Below the pieces are notes generated by a model that searched no databases, was not told the origin of the DNA, and saw only the letters and a program-made list of their open reading frames with translations. Below, piece after piece: positions 25,030 through 37,444 of a DNA stretch of 64,000 nucleotides. A program made the position numbers and the translations under genes. Position 1 is the first letter of the stretch; each line of letters opens with the position of its first letter. Source of the stretch: Azolla caroliniana (taxonomy: Eukaryota; Plantae; Polypodiophyta); NCBI GenBank assembly GCA_043228905.1, contig JBHGNT010000005.1:1116001-1180000 (forward strand), read 5' to 3'.

Positions 25030-27133
25030 AGTTTTGGCTGGACAAGGGAATTTGGTTGGTGATGTCATTAAGCAAGGAGATGAGAATTGGATCTGAACTC
25101 AATCAGATGAAATGGCAGAAGTCCATTCATGTGACCTTAACCTCCATATGTGACATCACTCATGCCAGATTCTTCTTGACTGTTGGTTGACCACTATCGC
25201 TTCATAGTAACTAGCCTTCATCCCCAAGAGAAACCATATTGATTACAATGGGGGTGTGGTTCAATACAGGGCATTGGATGTTCATACCCTTACAATGTGC
25301 CCCTCTGTGGATTTGAAGATAATCTGCTCCTAAATAATAGGGCATTTGCGAAATAGAGGGTGCTCATGTGTTACCATTGATTGTGTCATATACATCCAAT
25401 GTGTATACTATGAATGTATAGTTAGCGGTAATGGTAATTAAGACAACCGCTTGCATAATGTAATCTGCAAGGACCAACATAATGCTCCTACTTTATATGC
25501 AACTCCATACTATGTGGGTTTTGCAAAGAATTGTGATGGAAAGTTGTTACAAAATAAGTCAACATGAGATCACTTATTCCCTCTAGAAAGGTGTTTTATA
25601 ACCATAAGTAAAATGCCGAATCTAGTAAAATGAAGTTTGAATGGTCATTCCCCCCTTGGAAAAAGGGAACTCAAAAGGACCATAGATAACCAACAATCAA
25701 AATATGGATGTTGTATGATGCATTTATTTTTTAAATGACTTAAAGAGGATTCATGACCAATATCAAATCCTAATGTGACCATGCAATTTGTTTGCCTCGA
25801 TGATTTATCAATGCGAGGAAAGAAATATACGTGGATAAATGCACATGTTACTTATCAATGAAAAAATAATCAAGTGAGAAAGTCAATGTGTAGAGATAAT
25901 GGACACATTGCTTATCAATGAGACCATTTGAATTTTTGGTAAGAAACAAACTATGGATATCCATGAGGAGGACATATGTCATGTCTACAAATCTCATGCT
26001 ATTATTATGATGTTGAGTATCAAGAAATGAACAAATGTGAGTTATAAGCAAGCAATTTGCATCTCCAAATCATGGTATTGTTTTGGTGAGGTATATCCAA
26101 CACAGGTCATGGCAACATTCATGTGGAAACTAGAAATAGAAATGTGATGTTTATGGGAGACGAGTTGCTACTAAATAACATTGCAAGACTTGTATTGACT
26201 ATAGATCGTTACAAAGGCTTACCAGTCTACATTTCAAGGAGACTGTGGCTGTTCGGAACAATATTGTGAACACATCAAACTATAATATAAATCAAATGCG
26301 ACATTTTTGAATGAATAAAACTAACATGGCAAATGTTAGTCCATAGTATTTGTTATGGTAAAGCATGCTAAAATAGTGTGAAATGATGAGCTTCATGCCA
26401 TGTAATTGAGCATTATGTTATACCCATTTAAATATTATATATCTATTTGAACAACATAAGTTAAATATGTATATCTCTCAGAAGCATACCATGACGATGA
26501 GAATGCCCAATGACAACGAAAAGATTTGGAACATCTCATGCATTCATCGTTTGTGATTTTCCATTCACAAAGGGTTCCCTTGGCTTGCAACGAATGCAAT
26601 TAGATAGTAAGAAACTTTGTACTAACTTAATGAAAGAAACATTGTATTGGCTTAATGAAACTGACAAATGACTTCCGATGTATGAAAGTGATATTCTAAC
26701 CCTCGAATTAACTAGTTTGGGAGGTCAAGATGACCATTCTGTGTACAAGTTCATGTGTTAATTCGTTTCAGGAAACGACGATGTAGTTCACTCTCTTATC
26801 CTTTTCGTATTTGCAAACAAAGAGGGGCATCTCAAGCCATAGCTCTGTAGGAGGGGCTACTTCAAGGAGGAAATGCAAGCTACAATTTCCCCTCTTCCTT
26901 GAATGGTTTAGCGATTGTTCTTAACATCCTTTACACATGGCCTCGCTTCATCAATCCAGCTGGGGGGGCCGAAATGGGGCGATCTCGGAGCGTTAAGGGC
27001 CCCATGGAGGTGTGATGTGTTGTACATACATACATACATGTGTGAACTACTAAAATACTAGCTATGATAGGAGAAGGATATTGTATGTATATTGTATTTG
27101 TGTTGTTTGAAAACAGCCCACTCCATTCCCCTG

Positions 27134-27170
27134 TATTTAAATACTAGAAGTAACTAATGAACTAGGGTTT
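27134..27170 (+). promoter_or_regulatory. TATA-like box and telo-box (TAGGGTTT) upstream of the 5'-UTR exon of the knuckle/KH gene
   Basis: TATTTAAATA at 27134; TAGGGTTT at 27163-27170; pyrimidine-rich leader with a donor-like AAG|GTATTC at 27312/27313; acceptor TTCTTAG at 29081 just before the ATG. Confidence 0.4.
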
Positions 27171-29086
27171 TCTCATCTCTCCCAATTTTGGGGACCTCTG
27201 GTTTCTTGGTCCTGTCCACGGAAGCTCTGTCGCTCGCCTTCATTCATCGGAGCTTCGAATCATCTGACGGGTTTTGTTAATCTTTAATCGACCTGAACCA
27301 AATCATCTGAAGGTATTCCTCTCCCCCTCTCTTCTCTCGCTTTTCCTGCTTTTTGTTTTGTCCCATCGCTGTGTAATTTACAAGAGTTGATTTTTGTTTC
27401 TTGAGGAATCTTCCAATCTTAAGGTTCATGGACGAATTGCGATAGCCAGAAATGCCATAATCACTGCTATAATATGTAAATCCTTTTCGTTATGCCTACA
27501 GGAGATGAGTTGGTTGTTGATTTTCTATGGTACCATGCATATATTTGGTTCCAGTACTAATCGGAAGCACTTGAAAACATCAAAACTTTGGCTTTCTATA
27601 TTTTTCTATGCAAGATCTACTTGCATTTTTCAGTGTTACCTGAAATATAACTCTGTTTCGGCTAAACACAGTTTGCATATCAACCATACTTTTGCGAGAC
27701 CCACACAATCTTTTGTTGAGAAGATGCTTTTTGATTTATCTCTGGTTTTCATGCGAACTTCATCCCTCTTATTTCCTTACCTCACCACCTATCTCGTGGC
27801 TCACAAACTTCCTACCAATATGCATGCTTAGGTGCCTTAGCATAAAACATAACTAGTGTAGGAGGAGATAAAGAATCAGGCGTGTAAGCACATAGGTTGG
27901 TGTCTTCATTAGGAAGATTCATTGCTCTCGTTTCTCATATGCATACGAGGACATAGTCAATGCTGTTGGTATCATTAAAGTTGTTCCTGCAACTCTTGAT
28001 ACCATAATTAGTGGCTTCAAGTTGTCGCTATTGGGCCAGCATCAACTCTCAAATATTTAATCTTTAACCAAATATTTTATCTTGATTTATTATTTCTTAA
28101 AGGTAACACCAGTAATTTGATTCTTGTTCTTGGAAAAGGAATGCCATTGGTTCTGGTTTTAGTATGCAACGTTTATGTGGTACAAAATTTTCATTAATAT
28201 GATTGCATTACCTTTCAAACGTATAATCTTGCTGTTAACTGTGTGTTTTTATCTTTTTCCAATGTTTGAATCTGGTTCTCAAGGAGGGTCAGAGTTGTCG
28301 AATCTGGTTGATATGTATACCTCCTAAAATCGTTTCTGGGGCTCTTAAGTTTAGATATCTTAGTTAAAGTTTGGGTTCAAAGCTTTCATAAGCATACCGG
28401 TACTAACTTTAAGCGATATATTTTGGAAGTTCTGGTCTGTAGACATTGGGTCTTGATGTGATGCATTCAATGCGCAATATGAATCAGTGCATGAATTGTT
28501 GTTTCAGGGTTCGCTGATGATTATTTCTTAGGCTGAATATTGAGTCTTGCTCTTGATGGTGCAGTTGTAGTCAATCATTTCTCCAACTGTACATACCACA
28601 AACATTGGATTAAAAATTGTCACTAATAGCTAGCAGTACCTTGAGCCATAGGTTTTCTTCTTGATTGATCTGTAGACATCAGATACAATGTGATGTCTTT
28701 GGTTTTTGATGTTCATCAGTGCATACATTGTTGATTCATTTCTTGGATTTCTATATTCAAGTTCAATATAAAGGTCCATGAAAGCAAGCCTTATTGCTTG
28801 TGATTCAGGTTTGAGCTATCAGTCTTGGATCTGAGGCTGCGTAAGCTTAGAGGATGATTAATTAAGGTAAGTAAAGCTATAAATTGATGCAATGTTATGG
28901 GAGTGCACAAATGGATTTTTCATAGCATTAGTGTCAATCTGGGGTAACATCCTCTGTTTGTTCTATAAAAATTGACAGTGAAATTAGTGAGGCAGTGGCC
29001 TAGCACTTCTGGTGCTTCTACAACCCTCAAGCCACCAGTAGTTGTAAGTTAGACAAATTATTTAAATATCTTGGTTCTTAGCATCG

Positions 29087-31496
29087 ATGGATGAGACCAA
29101 GGATGATGAAAGAGATGAGGAATGGTTTAAGGAGGTTTACGGGAAAGAGTACACGGGGCCTGTTAGGTCCACAAATGAAGGCTCTCGTGATAATCCCTCT
29201 TTGAAAAAGAGGTCAATGGTTTCACAGGAAAATTCTGGTGAACCTGATGATGAGGATGATGGCCTTCCTGATCCTAATGCTGTCCCCACTGATTTCACAA
29301 GTAGGGAAGCTAAAGTATGGGAGGCCAAAGCCAAAGCAATAGAGAGAAATTGGAAAAAGAAGAAGGAAGAGGAGCTCATTTGCCGTATTTGTGGCGAGTA
29401 TGGTCATTTTTCACAGGTATGTTTGAAAATATTCAGGTAATACACTGAACTCCAAACTACTTATGCTTGCTTTTACAGTAATCAGTACTTGAAAAATGTT
29501 CAGCAAAGGGTTATACAGAGCGTACAGTTGGTTGTCCACCATACATACTAATGCTTGAATGGGAGACCATCTTCACGAGAGATGAATGAGTGCCACACGC
29601 TTTTTAGCCAACCAGCTTCCTTAGGATTGCTTAGTTGCAGGTAGTGGGTACCAAGTTTTTGCGATTTTACAACCACAGTTATGAGACACAGGAGTGATGG
29701 CATGGCCAATCGTGTTTAACATTTTATGATTCTAATCTCAAAATTTTGGTGATTGGTAAGAATAACCATTTAAATACCATATCTGTGTATGGATAGTGAA
29801 ACTTGAAAATGATGCCACTGGTAGTTGGAGTCATTTTTGGCAATGTTCTGAAGCATGTCATGTGTATGTCCTATGCAATAAACTTCATGGAATTAGTTCT
29901 TTATTTCCTCCATGTATTGAAATATTCGTTTTGTACAATGAAGCTGACAGATACGTACATGATTTGGAATTGATATGTATATATCAATCCACGAGTTGTG
30001 ATTGATGCTTTATGGCCACAATAAGCTTTGTTTGCGATTTCTGAGCATCATTATCCATAAGATGCTAGTTATAATCTTTAATTTAATCAGGACCACTAAA
30101 GGGATAATTTTATGTGTATACGGTATAGTCATGTTGTTTTCCACACTCCTGAAGGTAGCCACAAAGATCTATTTCCAAAGCTCCCTAAACACATCTCATA
30201 ATTTGACTATTGATGTACAGGGTTGTCCATCTACGTTGGGCGTAAATCGCAAGCCAAGTGAGGTTGTTGAAAAAGTTCCAGTGAAGGATAAAAGGTTGAA
30301 GCCAAGAATTATTGGGACTTCAGGTTCCACTATACAGGGGATTGAGAAAGATACAGGATGCCGATTGAAACTAGAAGACAATATAGCAGCTGGAAATGGA
30401 TCCTTTTTTGTACGTATTTCAGGAAGCAGTCGTACTATGGTTGGAAAAGCAGTTGATGCTGTGAAGAAGTTGATTGATAATGTTCAGCATGAAAGGAAGC
30501 CACAAGGTGGACCATATCGGTCTTATGGATCTCACAAACATGGATCTAATGCAAATGCATTGGGTTCTGGACAAATTCAGCACATTCCCAATCAACCATC
30601 TCATCATGAACCAAGTATGCAACCATATCTTGGTCAGGATATTCCTTACTATGAAGATTCTCAGCATGGTAGTGTGGAACAGATTAATCAAATGGATGCG
30701 AGACGTCAAAGGGACGCAGGAAACCAGAATGGTTCTTTTGCATACGGGCATAAAGGAGGTATAGATCAATCCCTGTGCATTAGAGTCTGATACTTATGTT
30801 CAGGTTGTTTAGACTAAGAACAAGCTCTAAATGGGGGGAGGTTTGGATGTCTAAAGGGAAAGATCTAGGTCCAGAGGTCGATGTGGGGCATGATCAGCAG
30901 CAATCCATGACAATGACGATTGAAACACTTGAACACAAGTTTGTACAAGAGACAATGCAGCTTACCAAGGAGCTAAATGATGCTGAAGACAAGGAGAATG
31001 CAAGGCACCGAGAGGTCTGAAGTCTTTGCGAAGCAAGTTATTTTTAATGTGTGCAGACCTTTCTTTTTGAACTTTTTATTTTTGTTTGTAGGCAATAAGA
31101 GAGATCCAAGAACAGTACCAGCAGAAGATGGTATCCCTTAGGTCACAACAAGGAAAGCAGAGGGAAGAGTTTCTGAGGCAAGAGGCTCAGTATAGGCAGC
31201 AACATTACCAACAATACCAACAATACCAACAACCTTCAATGCAATTGGGTCCCAAATATTATGATTATGATATGGGTCCAACATCTGGTGGTGGATTGGC
31301 TAACCGTGAGCAAGTTGGCTATGGTAACTCTGTGGATCGGAATGATGGAGTTTCGTCTGGAGGCTACGGATCTTTCAGAGGTGAGGCAGGGGGTTATCAC
31401 AACTCTTCACAATCATATAGGAACTCAAATTATGATGCTTCTTCCATGCTGCAATCCAGGAGTCAAGGTTATGATGCAGGGCAATACCGTTATTGA
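29087..31496 (+). CDS. CCHC zinc-knuckle + KH-domain RNA-binding protein (At3g62330-like family)
   Basis: Exons 29087-29416, 30221-~30758, ~30869-31014 (5' boundary uncertain), 31092-31496. Motifs DPNAVPTDFTSREAKVWEAKAKAIERNWKKKKEEELICRICGEYGHFSQ|GCPSTLG, KH IIGTSGSTIQGIEKDTGC, coiled coil and Y/G/Q-rich tail. Confidence 0.88.
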
Positions 31497-33224
31497 CCCT
31501 TTATAGATCGCTTGTGTGACATTATAGGCCTGAGCTACATATGATCTGATCTTGTGAGATTTTGTCTACTGTTGATTGGATAATTTGTCTTCATTGGGCA
31601 TATATCCTGAAGGGAAGAATGCTTGTTGGACTCTTGATTGTATTCCTACCCGAGATTATATGCAGGTGTCATACATGTCTGATTTGTGAGATATAGTTGT
31701 GAGCTGGTTTTCACGTTTCATCTTAATTACCCACATGGCCAAATTAAACTTGCAATGTTCCCTTTGCATCTGTATCATGCCCTATTTTCTTCATGCTGCA
31801 CATTGTTCGAGGTCAGCTTTTGTAAGGTGTAGCTGCTAAGAATTTGTTGTGCATATCATTGTGTACATTGCATGCATGTGGCTTTTCTGTTGCTGTTTTA
31901 GAGTAATACTCTAGATTGTGATTTCTGCCCATAATGTGATATACATAGAAAATTTATGGTTTTCGGTGCAAATGTGTAGAGAAATTGAAGCATATATGAT
32001 TTACAAGAAAATATCTATATGACAAGTGCTTAGATTATTGTCTCGTGCTTTTCGTGTGTTTCTCAATTTTTGTTTTGCCTTCTCACGTGTGAATCTTCAC
32101 ATAGTAGAATTTTGTGGGAGACACAAAGAAAGCTGGAAAGGAAAATAATTTGACCAAGTTATTCTTTTTATTATTTTTACTGTCTCTTTCTTTTTTGGAG
32201 TTTGTTGCGCTTGGTATGGTAAACTCATACTGATGGTTTAGTATGGAAGCTGCAAACATGAATCAGGCATGCAACTTGTTTTTGTGTGATTTTACTCTGT
32301 GAAAGCTTGATAAACGAGCTCCTTATTCAAATCGCCTTTTTGTGGTGGTATTTCTAATGTATAGTTGATGTTTTGGCTTAAATATCTTAATCTACATTTT
32401 TATGTGAACAATTTCTACAAGCCCATTACCTGATATGAGTATTTCTATACTCTGAAGGACTAATCAGTATGTCTAAACGAGGTATAATTTGATTACACCT
32501 TGTGACAGATTGAAATTCTGAAAATATAACCTTCCCCTATATGGCAAGTAAAGCTTAACCTCTACATGAGAGCTTGTATAAAACTAAAGTATATTTTGGA
32601 TGCAAAGATGGAACATGTCCCCTTGATTTAGATTAAGAGGACATTGCCTAGCTAAAATGGGCTCAATAAACAAATAGTGGTGGAATCATGAGATTAGAAT
32701 TTTAAATACTTCCGAATTTAAGCAAATGGGTAGATCTGAAAACTTGGTGCCATTTCTTTTAGTAATGTTTGCAGTTCAATCTTTTCGAGTTTCAATGGGT
32801 AAAATATGAATGAATATTCATGAGATTGAACATAAAGTGTTCTTAAGCAAGCATATATGTGACGTGTAAAGCTATTGCAAGTGCTCTTAAATATGAATAC
32901 AAATTTCCAACACTGAAGTTCTTGGCTCAACAAGTATGACTAAATTAATTCTATCACTTACTGATGTTTCTATAGGAGTCTATATATGAAAATGTGTCAA
33001 ACAGAATTACCATGAAGAACCAATGAAAGAAATATCATGGTCGCTAGATATAATAATAGCAGTTTCTTTCTTGACCAAGGAAGGACTCAACATCTAAGTA
33101 GAACACTAGCATCTAAACAAGATATAATTTCTTCCTTTACTAGGTGTGTACCAGAGTGACAGTTAGAAAGTATATTCAACTTCCAAACGCGAATGCACCC
33201 TTAGAGTGTGTTTACAATTGGTTA

Positions 33225-33596
33225 TTAGAAAAATAGTTCTTCTTGCGCATCCTCTGTACCGAGAGCACACTGTTTCTCTAGGCAAGGAATGCTGTCTCAG
33301 CCTTGTGTTGAGGAGTTTAGGTATATTCTAAACAGATGGGCAAAAGAGAGAAGGTCTCATGGTGGGATCTCATTGTATATATATATACGCATCCAGAAAT
33401 GTGGACTGGGAATTTGAAAAACAGTTCTTTTTACATACTATCTGTATAGAGAGCACTCTTTTTCTCTAGACAAGGGAATGCTGCCTCAACCTTGTGTTGA
33501 GGAGTTTAGATATATTCTAAACAGATGCACAAAGGAGAGAAGGTCTCATGGTGGGCTCTCATCGAATATGTATTTACGCATCCAGAAATGTGGACT
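33225..33596 (+). repeat. 189-bp-period tandem duplication of the PPR 5' region (leader, acceptor-like site and first ~40 codons)
   Basis: ATGCTGTCTCAGCCTTGTGTTGAGGAG at 33289 versus ATGCTGCCTCAACCTTGTGTTGAGGAG at 33478. Confidence 0.9.
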
Positions 33597-35454
33597 TAAA
33601 GCTCACAACACACTGGGAAATAATATTGTATGCATGCTAGTAGAGAATGGAAATTTAGAATGTGCCCAAAAGACCATTGAAGAAATAGTTCATAAAGATG
33701 TATGGGCATGGGAATCCATCCTTAATGCATATATATCATATGGCTGCATGCAGTCTGCGCTCCTTTTGTATCAGAAAAAAGATGAATATGTGAGAAAAAA
33801 TGAATATGTCTCTTCATCGGGACATCTAGATCCTCGCACTTTTGTAGCTTTGTTGAAATCTTGCTCAAAGCTTAAGAACCTTTGTTGTGGTATCCACATT
33901 CATGGAGATATTGACAAAAGTGGTTTGCTTAGACAAAACCTCTTTGTTGGAAGCACATTGGTGGATATGTATGCAAAATGTGGTTGTCTTGAGAAAGCAC
34001 AAAAAGTTTTTGATGAGCTTCCTGCTCATAATACAGTGTCATGGAATGCATTGATATCAGGATATGTAGAACATGGGCAGAACCGCAAAGCACTTGATTG
34101 CTTTGAGCAGATGCAGCTTAGGCATGTAAATAACCCCCCTGACTGTGTCACTTTCACATGTTGTTTGAAAGCTTGTGCTAACCTTGGTGCTAAAGATAGA
34201 GGGCAAGACATACACGGTATGATTGAAAAACAAGGATTGTTTCCAACAGATGTATTCCTTGGCAATAGTTTGCTTGGTATGTATGCTAAATTTGGCTTCT
34301 TAGATAGGGCCAAAGAGGTGTTTGATCAGCTTTTAGTTAGAGACGTTGTCTCATGGTCAGCTTTAATAGCAGGATATGCTGAACATGGCCATGGAAAGGA
34401 AGCTTTGGCATGCTTTGAAGAAATGCAACTTGAAGGTGCTTCTCCAGATGCCATCACTTTCCTTTGCAACTTGAAGGCTTGTAGCAATATGGGTGCTATA
34501 GAGAAAGGCCATGAAATACATATCAATATGGAAAAACGAGGATTGGTTCGAATGGATATTGCTCTTGGAAACACCTTGGTAGATATGTATGCAAAGTGCG
34601 GATCACTTGCAACGGCTGGCCAAGTATTTGAAAAACTCTATGTCCGGAGTGTGGTGTCCTGGAATGCACTCATTACAGGGTATGCTGAAAATGAGCAGGG
34701 TGACAAAGCATTGTTGTGTTTCGAGAAAATGAAAAAGGAGGGTGTCTCCCCCAACACTGTTACATTTCTTTGTTGTTTGAAAGCTTGTGGTAACATTGGG
34801 GCATTAATTAAGGGCCAAGAAATCCATGGTGAAGCTGAAAGACAGAAGTTGATTGAGAAAGATCTTGTTGTTGGAAACTCTGTGGTGGATATGTATGCCA
34901 AATGTGGTTCACTTGACAAAGCTCAAGATGTATTCAATAAGCTTCCAGTTCGAGATATTGTCTCTTGGACAACACTAATGGCAGGGCATGCCTACAATGG
35001 AGAAAGTAAGAATGTCTTATACATATTTGAAGAAATGCAAGGAGCCGGGATACAACCAAATCCAGTCACTTTTGTAGTTGTTTTAAATGCTTGCAGTCGA
35101 GATTGTCTGATCAATAAGAGTATGACATATTTTGAAGCAATGACCAAAGACTATGGAATCATGCCAATGGTCGAGCATCATATGTGCATGGTTGATCTCT
35201 TTGGCCGAGCCGGAAATTTAGAAAAGGCCGTGGATATGATTGAAAGGATGTCTTTTTCTTCTCATCTTTTGATGTGGCATACCGTACTGGGTGCTTGTAG
35301 AAGTTTGGGAAATGCAGATGTTGGGAAACAAGCCTTTGAAAATGCTGTAAATCTCGATATCAATGACCCTGTTGCTTATGTCTTAATGTCTCAAATTGAG
35401 GCTCCTCATCGTCACCCTTGTATAGGACTGAACATAAGAGCAAGATATGACTGA
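33478..35454 (+). CDS. PLS-class PPR protein ending in E1 and partial E2, no DYW
   Basis: 658-aa intronless ORF with PLS triplets; ends ...WHTVLGACRSLGNADVGKQAFENAVNLDINDPVAYVLMSQI. Confidence 0.92.
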   Translation: MLPQPCVEEFRYILNRCTKERRSHGGLSSNMYLRIQKCGLKAHNTLGNNIVCMLVENGNLECAQKTIEEIVHKDVWAWESILNAYISYGCMQSALLLYQKKDEYVRKNEYVSSSGHLDPRTFVALLKSCSKLKNLCCGIHIHGDIDKSGLLRQNLFVGSTLVDMYAKCGCLEKAQKVFDELPAHNTVSWNALISGYVEHGQNRKALDCFEQMQLRHVNNPPDCVTFTCCLKACANLGAKDRGQDIHGMIEKQGLFPTDVFLGNSLLGMYAKFGFLDRAKEVFDQLLVRDVVSWSALIAGYAEHGHGKEALACFEEMQLEGASPDAITFLCNLKACSNMGAIEKGHEIHINMEKRGLVRMDIALGNTLVDMYAKCGSLATAGQVFEKLYVRSVVSWNALITGYAENEQGDKALLCFEKMKKEGVSPNTVTFLCCLKACGNIGALIKGQEIHGEAERQKLIEKDLVVGNSVVDMYAKCGSLDKAQDVFNKLPVRDIVSWTTLMAGHAYNGESKNVLYIFEEMQGAGIQPNPVTFVVVLNACSRDCLINKSMTYFEAMTKDYGIMPMVEHHMCMVDLFGRAGNLEKAVDMIERMSFSSHLLMWHTVLGACRSLGNADVGKQAFENAVNLDINDPVAYVLMSQIEAPHRHPCIGLNIRARYD

Positions 35455-35881
35455 ATGTACATAAATTGTATTAACCAACGTTTAGCAAAGGAATATTACA
35501 CCTTTTGTAGATGGTTTATTGGACTATCGTACACCTTTTCAAAGAACATAGTCAACAAAGATGCACCTTTTCCAAATTTATGTATTGACATTGACTAGAA
35601 CATTATTTGATGAGGAATCTGACACTTCATATAAGTTGTAGCAATGGACATTTAGATCGGGGCTTGTGGATTGAAAGCAAGACCCGAGTTATTATGAAAT
35701 GGTAGAGAATGCGTATAAGTTGCATTAAAGGGCATATAGTTGTGGCCAAGGAAGAAAATACCGATTTGAAAGTTGCCCATTTGTATTGCATGGGTGGTGG
35801 ATGTATTGTTACAAGTCTATATATTTTCTGTGTGGATAATTGCGTAAGAATCTATGCATTCAAGTGAAATTCTTTGTGGAA

Positions 35882-36192
35882 AGCATTGAACACACAGTAT
35901 GCTGAGCGTGAGGAAGCTTTGTTCTATTATGCAAATTGCAGCTTGAAGATGTCACTCTTCTTCTTTTGTTTGAAAGCGTAAGGCCATAGACAAGTGCCAA
36001 GGCTGAGGTTGATTGAAGGAAACCTTTTTGCCAGCTCTGTTGTGCATATGTTTGAAAGCTGAGGGACCATAAATAGGGCGAGGCAATTAATAATGAAGTT
36101 CAAAGGCTGAGGTTGATTGAAACAAACCTTGTTGGCAACTCTGCAGTGTATATCTGCCAAATTTGGTTCTCTTGACAAAGCACAGGATATTA
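35882..36192 (+). pseudogene. Degenerate PLS-PPR fragment
   Basis: Broken frames give FFFCLKA*, LIEGNLFASSVVHMF and LIETNLVGNSAV..AKFGSLDKAQDI, with deletions and stops. Confidence 0.75.
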
Positions 36193-37444
36193 CAGTCAGG
36201 TATGTCTGATTATAAGATTTTGAAAATTTTGAGTCAATTAGTAAATATTATGATCAAACATCATACATGGGTGTAAGAAAAGCAACAATTACGCCATAGA
36301 AATTGAAAGCTACCTTCCAACTGTAGGCACTTGATAATAAATATAAAATATATTTCTAACTGTTTGAATATAAATTAAGCTACAAGCATTGTTAATTACA
36401 ATCAGGAAACATTAACATTTGTTTATGCTATACCTTTCTGGGTAATATATGCACAAGCAACTTTCCCCAATTCAAAATGGTCAACTAATTCCTGTATCCA
36501 AGCTCAATGTTATCTTTCCATTCCAATACTCTTTCTTCAAATGCAATTCTTGTTACACCAGTGAATTCCCTGCTCCACACCCAGCCATCATACAAGTCAT
36601 CAATGCCGGACGTGAATTTTGTCAATAATCGTGCCTTGAATGGGGTCTAAGGAATACTGTGTAGATAAATTTAGGATCCAATTCAGACAAAATATGGTTA
36701 TGACCATGGTCTCATGTTGACTGACATGGAGGACTCATCATCTACCAAATTAACATTTTCCATTGATTGCAGATGCATTTCCAAAAGACATTCTTATATG
36801 GGAAGTTTATCAGATTAAAAAGGGCCTATGAGAAGCCAAAACACCACGTCTGATGTTGTCCCTCATAGTACATCCTGTGCACATGAAAAACAATGACGTG
36901 ATCGTCGAGACAATAATTAGTTGAGACATTAAGTCAACTGGCATTTCCAATGAGTTTGAGTACCTACAGCAAAAGAATTCATTTTCACCCGTGCCAGTTC
37001 CCATCCCTATTTCCATTCCTGCCCCTTGCTCATGTGACTGAAACAAACAAAGAAACAAAAGGAAAGGGCTGTATATATGACCATACAAACGTAAAATAAC
37101 CATGAATTTTCTTTTAAACCCTAGAATCATTCTCACCTCATGCAGCATGTTGACTCCTGCAGATGAACTCTTGTAATAGGAGACCTTTAACTCTGTTCTT
37201 TCGTCTCATCTAATCTGCAAAAAAAGCAGATGCAAATCATTAAACAACTAGATTTATAGCCATTGCATGCAATTCAATATTTAAGAAGTTCCGTAGATAA
37301 CTCTTAAGAGAATGAGAATATTGAGAACCTTAGCAAATTCTCTCCTTTGAGCTGAGAGGAAAGCAATGTTTGGCCAATGGGACATCATAATTAAATTAAG
37401 AGCCTTCACATGTATCTGTTTTTGGTTCCTAGAGAAGGAACTTA

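Noticed and set aside
25200-26800. CACTA/PIF transposase remnant
   Set aside because: Only vague motif fragments in inconsistent order and no termini; cannot be supported.
26861-26903. Hairpin TTCAAGGAGGAAAT...ATTTCC..TCCTTGAA as a miRNA precursor
   Set aside because: Stem too short and bulged for a plant pre-miRNA; no recognisable mature sequence.
30002-30220. Hydrophobic N-terminus of ORF 30002-30790
   Set aside because: Intronic; the exon begins at 30221 after TACAG.
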